The notes under the pieces are model-generated. The model saw only the letters and a list, made by a program, of their open reading frames with translations. It was not told where the DNA came from and ran no database searches. Made by a program: the position numbers and the translations under genes. Positions 47,501 to 57,672 of a stretch of 64,000 nt of DNA are shown one piece after another (position 1 is the first letter of the stretch; each line of letters starts with the position of its first letter). The stretch is from an uncultured virus (IMG/VR IMGVR_UViG_3300027608_000026) (taxonomy: Duplodnaviria > Heunggongvirae > Uroviricota > Caudoviricetes): the IMG/VR virus record IMGVR_UViG_3300027608_000026. The stretch is one strand, 5' to 3'.

Positions 47501-50358
47501 TCCAATTTAAACCTTTTGTAACAGATCCAACTTCAACCGTGTCAGTTAACAATGTTGGAGTAGCGTCCGGTACTTTCTCTGATCCTATTACAATACCTGT
47601 AGGTCTTACTCGTATACCAATTGTTGTTAGAGCAAACTCGGGAGATAGTGTTACTACCTATAATGTGTTTATTGGGCGGGCGGCCGAAGGGTTCAGCACT
47701 TCTACCAATCTAACTAGTATAGAACTAAGCACCGGATCTTATTACCCTGCATTTAATTCAACGGTAACTGTTTACAATTCTAATTTTACATACGATGTTT
47801 CTTCTATAAAGATTAAACCGTTCAAATCGTCTACACGGGCAACTATCAAAGTTAATGGTGTGAGCGTTACATCGGGCGAATTTTCACAAGATATTCCTGT
47901 AGTAGTGGGCAATTCAACTGCTACTATTACAATAACCGCAGAAGATTTAATTACTAAACAAAGTTATTATATAAATCTTTCAAAGACAGGTAGCGCAAAT
48001 TCGTATCTAAAAAACATCCATGTAAATTCAGGATTTTTAGAACCGTCATTTAACAAAGATATAACACAATATGTTGTAAACATTCCGAGCTCAGTAAGTA
48101 CTGTTGCTATTAAATCGTTTGTTGATAATATTCAGGCTCAAGTTAGCATCGATACATTAGGTATAGTTCCGGAAAATTGGTCATTTCCTATCACTGTTCA
48201 AACAGGAAGCAATATTGTAAAAGTAGTTGTGCTTGCAGGTGACCTAATTTCAAGAACAATTTATCAAATTAACTTTATTAAAGGTAGTGAACAATTTACT
48301 GCACCGATTGTTGCTCCACAACAACCACTTCCAACTCCTGTATGGACCACACCTCCTGGGTTTATCTATACTGCCACTGAATTAGTTTATTCTAGCAGAA
48401 CTATTAATGCATCAGGAGATAATATAGCTTACCGACTAATTTCTGGATCATTACCTAGTGGTATGTCATTGACTACGTCGTCGGGAAACATTGCCGGAAT
48501 TCCAACATCTGTATATCAAACTACAAATTCAACATTTGTTATTCGAGCACAAAATACCCATGGTGTAGCTGACCGAAAATTCTATATCGACGTTAATGGC
48601 CCAACAGCGCCAGTTATAACAACACCGGGACCAAAACCTACAATTGGGCCGAGTGGGGAACGCTTTCTAATCAATGGACAGTTTGTTAATTTCCAATTTA
48701 CAGCAACATACGATGTATTGGCTCCAAATAAACCAATTGTGTTTTATATTGAAGACGGTGAAGGACAATTACCGCCTGGACTAACTCTTAGTCAAACAGG
48801 ACACTTATACGGACAAGTTCAAGATTCTCTTACTTTATTTTATAGGGCCGGTTCCAACGGAACCTATGATGCCGAAGGGTATGATATTAATCCTTACGAA
48901 CACGAAAGTCAACAGGCATTTGGTGTAAGTGGACGTTATGTTAATAAAGTATATCAATTCTCCTTAACTGCGGCCAACGGATCTGCTAAGGTTAAAGCAC
49001 AATATGCCATAGATGTTAATGATCCAACAACACTAATACCTAACGGAACTTATCCCGTGCCGCCGCAATGGATGACTCCGGCTAATTTGGGATCAGTACG
49101 ATCAGGAACATATCAAGTTATACAATTAGAAACATACGACTGCGATCCTGGTGCAGGAACAATTACCTATGATTGGAATATTGTTAATCAAAATAACTCC
49201 AGTATATTACCGCCCGGATTAGAATTAAATCCAACAACCGGCGGCATAAGCGGTCGCATACAATATTCTCCTACGTATAGTACAACATACACATTTAAAG
49301 TTAGAGTTTCTAAATATAATATTCTTAAGAACCAAACACAATTTAGAGATAGAACATTTAGTCTAACAATTTTAGGAGCTGTACTGAGCAAAATGACATG
49401 GGTCACTAATGACATTGTCGGTGCAGTATATCCAGGCGAACAATCAGAATTAAGCATAAAATCAGTCCATGAAGATACCTACTTAAAAATCACATACGCA
49501 TTACAATCAGGAACATTACCTCCGGGATTAACATTTACTACAGATGGTGCTATTCAGGGTAAAGTAGTTTACGGAACTTCGGCAGGAACATATACGATTA
49601 CAGTTAGAGCAACTGACAGTAATTCATCGAGCCAACTGGTTAAAACATTTAAGATTAATGTTTTGGCATACACTGGATCTCGATATACACAAATATTATT
49701 TCAACCATTGTTGTCTAGTGCAGTTCGAGACCAATTTAATACATTTATCACTGACCAATATATATTCGATCCTAATTTATTATATAGACCGTACGATCCA
49801 GAATTTGGCGCACAATCTAAAATAGAGTTTGTGTTTGAATACGGAATAGAGCAACTTAATCTAGGTGATTATGTAGCGGCTATGCAAAATTATTTTTCTA
49901 GAAGAAAACTTTATTTTGGTAAATTAACATCGGCGTTTGCTCTAGATAATACCGGAAATAAAATATACGAAGTTGTGTACGTTAAATTAACCGATAACAT
50001 GATTAGCGATTCTGGACAAACTGTTAGCGAATCGGTAGAATATGACAATACTACTTTATATCCAAATAGTATAGATAACATGCGGGGTGCTTTAGAATCA
50101 ATTGCAGATGTAGACGAATATCTATTGCCAAAATTCATGAGAACTGTACAAGATTCTTCGGGCATCCCGTTAGGAAGAATATTATGCATGCCGTTGTGTT
50201 ATTGTTTGCCCGGAAATAGCCAGACAATAATTAGAAGAATTGAAGCATATGGCATCGATTTTAAAACAATTAACTTCGATATTGATAGGTTAATTGTATT
50301 AAACACCCTGGACAATTCTGTTGCTAAATATTTGCTATTCCCCAATAGAGAGGTATAA
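44527..50358 (+). CDS. Giant virion protein: YHYH domain, cadherin-like beta-sandwich repeats, Ig repeats
   Basis: IYHY, HSKILGWALDGYPIYGPYG; repeated LS.L....G.L.P.F....Y; LPPGL repeats. Confidence 0.8.
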   Translation: MSFNPSHSFSGNGVPGQLTVTYTTGSTSWNIVTQSLPGLATYGTFPNTLNANTIQTQGFNYAWPYRGGKNLPTSGTNSKVPYGILGVSTIGVVFFSPNAGISTGGSNGTTWTVNFVDAEIFGEDSSSGSPNISGIYHYVDTRFINDDSWGAISNRTSGYVESDGHSKILGWALDGYPIYGPYGYSNPVSASSTATLMVSGYRTTSKVNRPAARTLVVNGTVTSATSFLVYSVSGIVPGMSITGNSITTATKVTKIIGANIYTNTPVSIGTGEVINASFDLGTLVEDWDYLTSNTVTLDLYNGRYCVTPDYPLGTYAYFATQDSNGTPTFPYLVGPYFYGALTADSNNSSLSSLTASAGTFSPTFNSTITNYLLTVGNLTTSLTFTPVSASIYSTILFNTSTTVTSGSATPVVQLPVGYTTSTIRVTSQYRTTSTYTISINRVKSPDNALQSLSFNAGTLFPAFRSTVTTYSLTVDTAVSKLGITPIISNQFASIAINGNTATSGLVYLEDLVYGRNVETIVVTAQDLTTRTYTINVSRLSNISLLSALSISVGSFTASFNSNTFFYTAYLANTITTVRANATSIDTAGTIYINGILAQSGILSQPINLKLGVNAIDVRIISSDQSTTHFYRITINRGFSSTATLSFLLLSSGTLAPAFSSTITNYIATVTNFISTINVTPTASQEYSYVVVNDRNVPPGRTSEPINLLVGNNNIVIAVTAPDNVTQNIYNVVVRRLGSSNSRLSNFVTNAILTPQFQSLVTSYSANVGYTISSLKITPTVEESNATVTVNNISVLSGQSTGSIPLSIGTNTIRTVVLAQDSITTSTYRLTVNRSANYDNSLSVVDITSGILYQSPTLQEGFVQDINTYTSYASHFTTSTDIFVVANDVGATLKINGSTVLSGATTTVPLIGYNYVNSLTNKIEWVGNNTISIVCTAADPSYVNTTTLYITRVGSNISTLTNLILNVGTLDPAFSFNINDYFIGLPYNFTTPFQFKPFVTDPTSTVSVNNVGVASGTFSDPITIPVGLTRIPIVVRANSGDSVTTYNVFIGRAAEGFSTSTNLTSIELSTGSYYPAFNSTVTVYNSNFTYDVSSIKIKPFKSSTRATIKVNGVSVTSGEFSQDIPVVVGNSTATITITAEDLITKQSYYINLSKTGSANSYLKNIHVNSGFLEPSFNKDITQYVVNIPSSVSTVAIKSFVDNIQAQVSIDTLGIVPENWSFPITVQTGSNIVKVVVLAGDLISRTIYQINFIKGSEQFTAPIVAPQQPLPTPVWTTPPGFIYTATELVYSSRTINASGDNIAYRLISGSLPSGMSLTTSSGNIAGIPTSVYQTTNSTFVIRAQNTHGVADRKFYIDVNGPTAPVITTPGPKPTIGPSGERFLINGQFVNFQFTATYDVLAPNKPIVFYIEDGEGQLPPGLTLSQTGHLYGQVQDSLTLFYRAGSNGTYDAEGYDINPYEHESQQAFGVSGRYVNKVYQFSLTAANGSAKVKAQYAIDVNDPTTLIPNGTYPVPPQWMTPANLGSVRSGTYQVIQLETYDCDPGAGTITYDWNIVNQNNSSILPPGLELNPTTGGISGRIQYSPTYSTTYTFKVRVSKYNILKNQTQFRDRTFSLTILGAVLSKMTWVTNDIVGAVYPGEQSELSIKSVHEDTYLKITYALQSGTLPPGLTFTTDGAIQGKVVYGTSAGTYTITVRATDSNSSSQLVKTFKINVLAYTGSRYTQILFQPLLSSAVRDQFNTFITDQYIFDPNLLYRPYDPEFGAQSKIEFVFEYGIEQLNLGDYVAAMQNYFSRRKLYFGKLTSAFALDNTGNKIYEVVYVKLTDNMISDSGQTVSESVEYDNTTLYPNSIDNMRGALESIADVDEYLLPKFMRTVQDSSGIPLGRILCMPLCYCLPGNSQTIIRRIEAYGIDFKTINFDIDRLIVLNTLDNSVAKYLLFPNREV

Positions 50359-50363
50359 TAACA

Positions 50364-51230
50364 ATGACCAGCCAAATCGACCCTAGTAAAATTGACACCA
50401 CTTATCCAATCCCAGGAAGAGACAACGATAGTCAAGGATTTAGAACTAATTTTAGCTCAATTAAGCAGGGACTAACTCAGGCAGCAAGTGAAATTAGTAT
50501 ACTGCAAGCACAAAAGGCAGACCTGCGTGAACCTAGCATTTTTGAAAATCAGACTCAAGCATATTCAACACTAACCGGTGCGTTGGTAACTTGGGGTGGT
50601 GTTGGTATCGGACAAGACTTGTTTGTTGGTGGCAATGTATATGTTTCCGGAAGAATGGTTTCTAGTGGGACTGCTGTTTTGACTACTGGAACTATTGCTC
50701 CTACAGCGATAACAACTACATCGGACATAACATTTAGTGGAACATACGGACAGCCTAACTTCACCCTTACGGCTCTTATCCCAGGTCATAAAACTTTTAG
50801 GAATTCTCTTTCGGTTGGCGTAACAAATCGACAAACAGGAACATCGTTAGTATACATAGGAACAACTGTAACTAATCAAACAGGAATCTATATAAGAGCA
50901 AACGGTGTTAATAACGGAACTGCATTAATATTAGATACAGCAAGTGATACAGGCGCCGGCCTCGGTAGCCCTGATTTTTCTTATATCAAATTCAACAAAA
51001 GTCCCTCAGGAGTAACTGCAACGATAGCAACCATTATATTAGATGATGCTACTTCTTCAGTAAAAACAACTGGCAATTGGATTTTCTCAGGCAATCTTAG
51101 GGTTGCCGGTGACATTCCGGCCAGTGCAACCGCTACTGGCAGTATTGGTACTATTACCGCCGACTCTAGATATTTCTATATATGCACAGGCACAAACATG
51201 TGGAGTCGAATTTCATTAGGCGCATGGTAA
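50364..51230 (+). CDS. Tail-associated structural protein
   Basis: YPIPGRDNDSQGFRTNF..EI..LQ; C-terminal Y.YIC..WSRI. Confidence 0.6.
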   Translation: MTSQIDPSKIDTTYPIPGRDNDSQGFRTNFSSIKQGLTQAASEISILQAQKADLREPSIFENQTQAYSTLTGALVTWGGVGIGQDLFVGGNVYVSGRMVSSGTAVLTTGTIAPTAITTTSDITFSGTYGQPNFTLTALIPGHKTFRNSLSVGVTNRQTGTSLVYIGTTVTNQTGIYIRANGVNNGTALILDTASDTGAGLGSPDFSYIKFNKSPSGVTATIATIILDDATSSVKTTGNWIFSGNLRVAGDIPASATATGSIGTITADSRYFYICTGTNMWSRISLGAW

Positions 51231-51231
51231 T

Positions 51232-51474
51232 ATGTATCATCCGTTATTAGCTGATCCGTCAACTTTAAAAGATTCCGAATTAGAAAATAAAATAATCGAT
51301 CTTTCTCAAAAGTATCATACGGCGGCTCGATTTGGTCAAGGTATTATGTGTGATCAAATTGTTGTTATCTTAGATTCACTTAGACAAGAACAACTAAAAA
51401 GAAGTCATGCTCTTCTTACAAAAACCAGAAACAATCAAAATAAAGATCTCGGCGATCTAATCAAAGTTAATTGA
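51232..51474 (+). CDS. Hypothetical protein
   Basis: ORF track. Confidence 0.6.
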   Translation: MYHPLLADPSTLKDSELENKIIDLSQKYHTAARFGQGIMCDQIVVILDSLRQEQLKRSHALLTKTRNNQNKDLGDLIKVN

Positions 51475-51505
51475 CCTTGCTCAAATAACCTGTTATACTG
51501 TCAGT

Positions 51506-52027
51506 ATGGATATTGACAAATACGGTAATGTAATTTTAGACAGCAAAGAAGCATTTGAGTCTTTGTATTCCGGACGACTACAAGATTTTGAAAATATCTT
51601 TTTACAAAATACATCCGATGTAGTGCAGTTCAATTCGTCTGTGAGTACTAATGCAGATCATATTCCAAAAATCCATCAATATACTGAGCCTAATTATACC
51701 ATGGAGTTTGCTGATAGTCTTAGACAGGATATCTGGTATATGCCCGAAAACTATAAAATATTTGATATTAAAAATTGGGTTTTAGAGCAGGCTCCGGATA
51801 TTGTTGCACAGATTAGGGTAAAAGAAGAACTAGACCTATTTGCCCAACATAATATGATCACGTTGTTAAAGTACCTTAAATACTTAGTTGACACAATGCG
51901 TGAAAACAAAATAGTATGGGGCGTAGGGCGAGGCAGTAGTGTAGCCAGTTACGTGCTATACCTAATAGGTGTTCATAAAATAAACAGTATCAAATACGAG
52001 CTAGATATTAAAGAATTCCTAAAATAA
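51506..52027 (+). CDS. Stand-alone DnaE (Pol III alpha) fragment-like protein
   Basis: RV.EEL, WGVGRGSSVASYVLYLIGV..I..IKYEL...F. Confidence 0.8.
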   Translation: MDIDKYGNVILDSKEAFESLYSGRLQDFENIFLQNTSDVVQFNSSVSTNADHIPKIHQYTEPNYTMEFADSLRQDIWYMPENYKIFDIKNWVLEQAPDIVAQIRVKEELDLFAQHNMITLLKYLKYLVDTMRENKIVWGVGRGSSVASYVLYLIGVHKINSIKYELDIKEFLK

Positions 52028-52036
52028 GGAGAAATT

Positions 52037-52333
52037 ATGAAACGAATTTATAAAACAATGCAGGGTAAAGAAATTGACATGGAAGCATTAATGGCCAAAC
52101 ACGAGACCATGCCCGCAGTAGGTAATGTACGTGTTAATGCTCGAGGCGATGAACTAGGCCCAGATGGTAAAATTATTAAAACTAGAGAATCTGTTTTGGC
52201 AGAATATTATGACAATGATCCTAGGACAGTATCCGACGAAGAACTGTCATTAAGTCAAGTAAAAATTAATACCCCTAAACGTCCAACTATAGAACCTGCA
52301 CAACCTAAAAGTAAAATTAAGGAAACAAAATGA
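52037..52333 (+). CDS. Hypothetical protein
   Basis: SD AGGAG; AVGN..VNARGDELG. Confidence 0.65.
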   Translation: MKRIYKTMQGKEIDMEALMAKHETMPAVGNVRVNARGDELGPDGKIIKTRESVLAEYYDNDPRTVSDEELSLSQVKINTPKRPTIEPAQPKSKIKETK

Positions 52334-52707
52334 CTGTAAAAGGAACTATCAGGCCGTTAGGAAATAAGGTACTTATTTCTGATATGAATTTCGGCATGGA
52401 TAAAACAAAAAGCGGTATTTTGTTACAGAGCGATGATGGTAAAAGTTCAGGTATTCATCCTCGCTGGGGGAAAGTGTTTGCTATTGGACCAGATCAAACA
52501 GATGTTGAAGTGGGCCAATGGATTCTTATGGAACACGGTCGTTGGAGTAGAGGACACAAGTACGAGGCCGAAAACGGCGAAATTATAGATATACGATTAG
52601 CCGATAATAATGCTATACTGTGTGTAAGCGATGAAGCGCCTGACGATGCAATGCGTGTTAAAATTGGCGCCCTTAACTTGAATGTATCCGATGCACAACC
52701 AAATTGA
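52330..52707 (+). CDS. groES: GroES-like co-chaperonin
   Basis: IRPLGNKVL, TKSGILL, GKV.AIGP, VEVG. Confidence 0.8.
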   Translation: MTVKGTIRPLGNKVLISDMNFGMDKTKSGILLQSDDGKSSGIHPRWGKVFAIGPDQTDVEVGQWILMEHGRWSRGHKYEAENGEIIDIRLADNNAILCVSDEAPDDAMRVKIGALNLNVSDAQPN

Positions 52708-53128
52708 TTTAAACAAATACAAAGATTTTGTAGAAGCCGTTACCAGCAAAGAAAGCAACGACCTTACCACATTCATGAACCGTATGGATGAAGTGGATGG
52801 GAATTATATTGGCGAAGGAGAACACGGTCCCGATACTAATGTTCCGTTGTTAATTACTGCATGTCTCGGGCTTGCGGCCGAAGCAGGGGAATTTATTGAA
52901 ATTCCTAAAAAGATACTGTTTCAAGGAAAACCATTTACTGAAGAAAATCTCTTTCATATGAAAAGAGAGTTAGGTGATGTAATGTGGTATTGGATCAATG
53001 CATGCCGTGCTTTAAATCTAGATCCCAATGATGTTATTGCAGAAAATGTTAACAAACTTAAAGCTCGATATCCGGGTGGAGAGTTTGATGCCTTTTATTC
53101 AGAAAATCGCAAAGACGGAGATCTATAA
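52691..53128 (+). CDS. MazG-like NTP pyrophosphohydrolase
   Basis: GLAAEAGE, ELGDVMWY, N..KL..RY. Confidence 0.88.
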   Translation: MHNQIDLNKYKDFVEAVTSKESNDLTTFMNRMDEVDGNYIGEGEHGPDTNVPLLITACLGLAAEAGEFIEIPKKILFQGKPFTEENLFHMKRELGDVMWYWINACRALNLDPNDVIAENVNKLKARYPGGEFDAFYSENRKDGDL

Positions 53129-53592
53129 TGCCAACTGCTTATATATTAGTTGGCATCCCTGGTAGCGGAAAAACTACGTGGGTTGGACATAGAAAAACTG
53201 ATTGGGATACAACAGTCTTTGTAAGTACTGATAAGTTTGTTGACCAAGAAGCATCTAACCAAAATAAAACCTATTCAGAAGTGTTTAACGACTCAATGCA
53301 GGCCGCATTAACTAAAATGATTAATGATGTTATTGATGCTAGAAGCGCCGGCAAAGATATTATTTGGGATCAAACTAGTACTACCATTCAAAGTCGTAAA
53401 CGCAAATTCAATATGTTGCCCGACTATAAAATGATTGCTGTAGTATTTCGTACTCCAGAACAAGAAGAATTACAGCGCCGATTGAACAGCAGACCTGGAA
53501 AAGTTATACCAGATGATGTTGTGCAGTCTATGATTAACAATTTCGAAGAACCTACTAAAGAAGAAGGATTTGACGAAATCATTTATGTGTAG
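53128..53592 (+). CDS. P-loop kinase (polynucleotide-kinase-like)
   Basis: GIPGSGKTT, STD, WDQT, EPT.EEGF. Confidence 0.8.
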   Translation: MPTAYILVGIPGSGKTTWVGHRKTDWDTTVFVSTDKFVDQEASNQNKTYSEVFNDSMQAALTKMINDVIDARSAGKDIIWDQTSTTIQSRKRKFNMLPDYKMIAVVFRTPEQEELQRRLNSRPGKVIPDDVVQSMINNFEEPTKEEGFDEIIYV

Positions 53593-54194
53593 TATATGGG
53601 ACACAAATATAAAATTGACATAAACTCGATCGCCGGCCAGATCAATTCAGCCGCATACGAATCGTGCAGTCCTTATAACGACGGTTTTGTAGGTTGGGGA
53701 TATAAACAAGACCTATATAGACTAAAATGGATTTTAGAAGATGCATTAAATCGTTGTTCAAAGTATGCTCCAGAAGAAGAATGGCTTCGAGAACACGATA
53801 AAAAGAAAGTTATAAAATATCTATCCAAAAAGGACTAACATGAAAGACTTAACAAAATTACCAGACCCAACAAAACACCTATACATTAGCCTAATAAAAA
53901 GCGTTATCCGGATTAGCGCAGGGGGTTGTTTAATGATTGGCAACATATTCTTTGCAGGCTTTTTATTAATTTTTGCCGAAGCATTGGGCATTCTCGAGGA
54001 ATTGGTATGATTGATAAAAACGCAGTGGCAAGGCGTATGGAAGAACTAATGGCTCCTGTAGAACAACAAATTATGATGTGTGACACCAGAGAAGAGTTAC
54101 TAATGATGGCATGTGCCATGATGCAACGCACACATGAAATATTTGTACATGAACTAGGCAAAGCTGGTTCCAAACAAATGTACAAGGATTACGT

Positions 54195-54659
54195 ATGATT
54201 TTTAATAAAATAAAAGAATTAAAAGAGTCAGGTAAAAAAGTAGGCATTACATTTTCAACATTTGATTTATTCCATGCTGGGCATGTTGCTATGCTTAGTG
54301 AAGCAAAGAACCACTGCGATTACTTAATTGCCGCATTGCAAACTGACCCAACTATTGACCGCCCAGGTAATAAAAATCCTCCAATCCAAAGTATTGTAGA
54401 AAGACAAATTCAACTAAGCACAAATCGTAATGTGGACGAAGTTGTTGTTTATCAAACTGAAAAAGACCTAGAAGACCTATTGCTTATTCTACCTGTAGAT
54501 GTTAGAATATTAGGTGTAGAATACGCAGACAAAGAGTTTACAGGTAAACAAATCTGTATTAGTCGAGGAATTGAAATTGTTTATAATGGACGAGATCATT
54601 CTTTTAGTAGTTCAAGTTTGCGTAAACGTGTAGCAGAAGCAGAAGGAAAAAAGAAATGA
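54195..54659 (+). CDS. Glycerol-3-phosphate cytidylyltransferase-like protein
   Basis: FDLFHAGH, QTDPT.DR..K, RDHSFSSS.LR. Confidence 0.85.
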   Translation: MIFNKIKELKESGKKVGITFSTFDLFHAGHVAMLSEAKNHCDYLIAALQTDPTIDRPGNKNPPIQSIVERQIQLSTNRNVDEVVVYQTEKDLEDLLLILPVDVRILGVEYADKEFTGKQICISRGIEIVYNGRDHSFSSSSLRKRVAEAEGKKK

Positions 54660-55262
54660 GTCAATACGGACAAGTACACGCAACCGCTAAAATGTCAAGT
54701 TCAAGGAACGTAGCACGATTGGAAAAAAAACTTATGAGGAAAAGAACATTAAAACAAAGATTTAAAGAATGGTTATTTGATGATGGATCTGATTCTTCCC
54801 CTAACGAAATTCGTATAGACGAAGACAGCGTTCAACTGTCTAGGGAAACTAGTGTTCGCTTTGAAATACATCAAGCCGCAGGTGGACGAGTTGTACAAAC
54901 TCGTCGATACGACCAACGCAAAGATCGTCACATGGAAGGACTGTATATTATTACACCCGACCAAGACTTTGGCAGAGAAATTGATAAAATTATTACAATG
55001 GAAGCGTTGAAAGCATGAATGAAAATGTAAAAGCACTAGTAGATACGGTAGGAACAGACATCAGTGGAAAATGGATTAGTGCCGAAAAACTTGAAACATT
55101 TGCAAAAGATGTTATAGTAGAATGTCTAAAACAAATAGAAATAGCAAATTCACAACATTGTGCGTATACTACTTTTGATTTAGGCATAGTTAATTGTGCA
55201 AAAGAAAAAATTACCGATCATATTAAAGAACATTTTAACGTAACAAGCATTGAGGTATTTTA

Positions 55263-56192
55263 ATGATAGAATTATGGGTAGAAAAATATCGGCCGAAAAC
55301 AACAAACGAATATGTATTTCGAGATGAAAATCAAAGAAAACAAATTACCACGTGGATTAAAGACAAAAGTATTCCGCATCTGTTGTTAAGCGGCAGTCCG
55401 GGTATTGGTAAAACTACCCTTGCTAAAATGTTGATTGGTGAAATTGGCATTGAAGAATATGATGTTCTTGAAATGAACGCAAGTCGAGAACGTGGTATTA
55501 AAGAAGTACAAGAACGTATTACTAACTTTGTCAGTATGATTCCGTTTGGTCCATTTAAGGTTGTACTGTTAGATGAGGCAGATTATCTAACACCAGAAGC
55601 ACAGGCGGCCCTGCGTGGCGTTATGGAAGAGTTTTCAGGTACTAGTAGATTCATACTAACCTGCAATCATCCTAATAAGATTATTCCAGCAATTCATAGT
55701 CGATGCCAAAGTATGCATTTTACCAGCATTGACCAAACAGAGTTTACTGCTCGTGTTGCTACAATTTTAGTAGAAGAAAATGTAGAGTTTGATTTAGACA
55801 CGCTCGACACTTATGTTAAAACAACATATCCCGATCTACGTAAATGTATTAATTTTGTACAACAAAATGTACAAGACGGATCTTTGATTGGGGCCAATAG
55901 CAGTGATGCAGGACAAGCAGACTATAAAATTGCTATGGTTGAATTGTTTAAGAAACAAAAGCTACAAGAAGCTCGTAAATTGATATGTTCGAGTGCAAGA
56001 CCTGAAGAGCTCGGCGGCGTGTTCCGCTGGATGTACGATAATATAGATTTGTTTGGCGCAGATGAAGAAACAAAAGATAGTGCTCTATTAATCATCAAAC
56101 AAGGATTAGTTGATCACGGATTAATTGCAGATCCAGAAATTAACTTATCTGCTACACTGGTAAAACTGGGAAGATTAGTTCGAGGACAATAA
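55263..56192 (+). CDS. Clamp-loader (RFC small subunit-like) ATPase
   Basis: WVEKYRP, GSPGIGKT, NAS.ERG, LDEAD, SRC. Confidence 0.93.
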   Translation: MIELWVEKYRPKTTNEYVFRDENQRKQITTWIKDKSIPHLLLSGSPGIGKTTLAKMLIGEIGIEEYDVLEMNASRERGIKEVQERITNFVSMIPFGPFKVVLLDEADYLTPEAQAALRGVMEEFSGTSRFILTCNHPNKIIPAIHSRCQSMHFTSIDQTEFTARVATILVEENVEFDLDTLDTYVKTTYPDLRKCINFVQQNVQDGSLIGANSSDAGQADYKIAMVELFKKQKLQEARKLICSSARPEELGGVFRWMYDNIDLFGADEETKDSALLIIKQGLVDHGLIADPEINLSATLVKLGRLVRGQ

Positions 56193-56195
56193 CAA

Positions 56196-56240
56196 AACCG
56201 CGTAACAATTTCTGATGCAGGTCGGATTGTTACGCGGTTT
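56196..56240. terminator. Hairpin between convergent genes
   Basis: AACCGCGTAACAAT/ATTGTTACGCGGTT. Confidence 0.7.
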
Positions 56241-56268
56241 CTCTCGAGTTTAGTTAGGTATTATGTTG

Positions 56269-57003
56269 TTATTCGGACTCCTTGTAGATCGATAAAACTT
56301 CCTTAACAACTGGGTGACGCTCAACGTCTCTTGTTTCAAACCTTGCCATGGCAATCATACGATACTCACCTCCTTGTCCGTATAAATTGCAAAATTCTAG
56401 CAATCCGTTTTCCCTAGGTCGGTCTGCTTGATTCAAGTCTCCAGTAACTACCATACGACTATTGTTGCCTAGTCTGGTTAATAACATCTTCATCTGTGAG
56501 GGTGTGGCGTTTTGCATTTCGTCTGCAACAACAAATGCATTTTTAAAAGTGCGGCCACGCATATAAGCAAGAGGCGATATTTCTATCACATTATCTTCTA
56601 GCATTGCGGCAATTTCTTTTGGATGATAGTATTCTTCAAATACATCCATAATAGGTCTTGTCCACGGCTCCATTTTTTGATTTAATGTACCGGGTAAAAA
56701 CCCGTGCTCTTCATCTACACTTACAGCCGGCCTTGTGATAATAATTTTGCTAATCACTCCCTCCTGGTAAAGTTTAATGGCCATCTGTACACCCAGCATA
56801 GTTTTACCCGTGCCAGCTGGCCCGATTGCAAAAACTATGTATTTTCTGGGATTTTTCAACAGTTCGAGATAGGTTTCTTGTGCAAGATTCCTTGGAACTA
56901 TTTGGACTTGCGGCTTCTTTCTTTGAAATTGTTTAATTTCAATTAAGTTTTCGCCACGTTGATCAATACGTTGATCACGTTCTTTTCTACGTACTCTAGA
57001 CAA
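56269..57003 (-). CDS. phoH: PhoH-family ATPase
   Basis: GPAGTGKT, TRPAV, GFLPG, YMRGRTF, DEMQN, GD..QAD, RHP; TTG start inferred. Confidence 0.93.
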   Translation of the reverse strand: MSRVRRKERDQRIDQRGENLIEIKQFQRKKPQVQIVPRNLAQETYLELLKNPRKYIVFAIGPAGTGKTMLGVQMAIKLYQEGVISKIIITRPAVSVDEEHGFLPGTLNQKMEPWTRPIMDVFEEYYHPKEIAAMLEDNVIEISPLAYMRGRTFKNAFVVADEMQNATPSQMKMLLTRLGNNSRMVVTGDLNQADRPRENGLLEFCNLYGQGGEYRMIAMARFETRDVERHPVVKEVLSIYKESE

Positions 57004-57126
57004 ATTATGCCCCTTTTTTAAGAACGACCTGCAACAATATTTACATCCAATTTGAAAAAAGGCTTTCAAATAGGGAGTTTTTGTATCAGCGAATCAAAAC
57101 ATAAATAATGCATTAAGAGACTATTC

Positions 57127-57672
57127 ATGCACGATATAATCGACGTTATTAAAAATCTAGAAACACTAACTGTTAACGACAGCGCCTTTAAAGTATTAAA
57201 AGACTTTGAAAGAGTTCTCGATGAATTGGATATCTATGTTTTTCCTAATTGGGAAGAAGGCGAATTAGTGACCGGCCCAGAAATGAGCAGATATACAGTT
57301 GCTTGTAAATTCATGTGGCCCTATGAAAATATGCCAGATCCTATGGGCGGCGCCAGGTTAACTGATTATGGTTGTAAAGTAGGCTATGCAAAAGATCATG
57401 TGCTAATTCCGCGTAAGATACACGACCCCAGCGACTTCCGTCCTGGCACAAAGAAAGGCAAGATAGATGCACATCCAGTTTGGATCGTTACAGTTACTAT
57501 GCCAACAAAATTAATGCAAGATATCTTCCAAGGTTATCTTGACAAAGAGAACGCAGCCAATTCAGACTTAATGAGATACAAAGGCATAGACGATCAAATG
57601 ACCGATGCAGAACCTCAACAGGAGATCCCAGCAGATGATACCGCAACACAAGAACCAGCACAGCAAGCCTAA
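57127..57672 (+). CDS. Hypothetical phage protein
   Basis: TAAATA upstream; ORF track. Confidence 0.7.
   Translation: MHDIIDVIKNLETLTVNDSAFKVLKDFERVLDELDIYVFPNWEEGELVTGPEMSRYTVACKFMWPYENMPDPMGGARLTDYGCKVGYAKDHVLIPRKIHDPSDFRPGTKKGKIDAHPVWIVTVTMPTKLMQDIFQGYLDKENAANSDLMRYKGIDDQMTDAEPQQEIPADDTATQEPAQQA

Noticed and set aside
44527..50358. Diversity-generating retroelement or nucleotide-level repeats in the giant gene
   Set aside because: Repeats are visible only at protein level, with no reverse transcriptase or template/variable repeat pair in the window.
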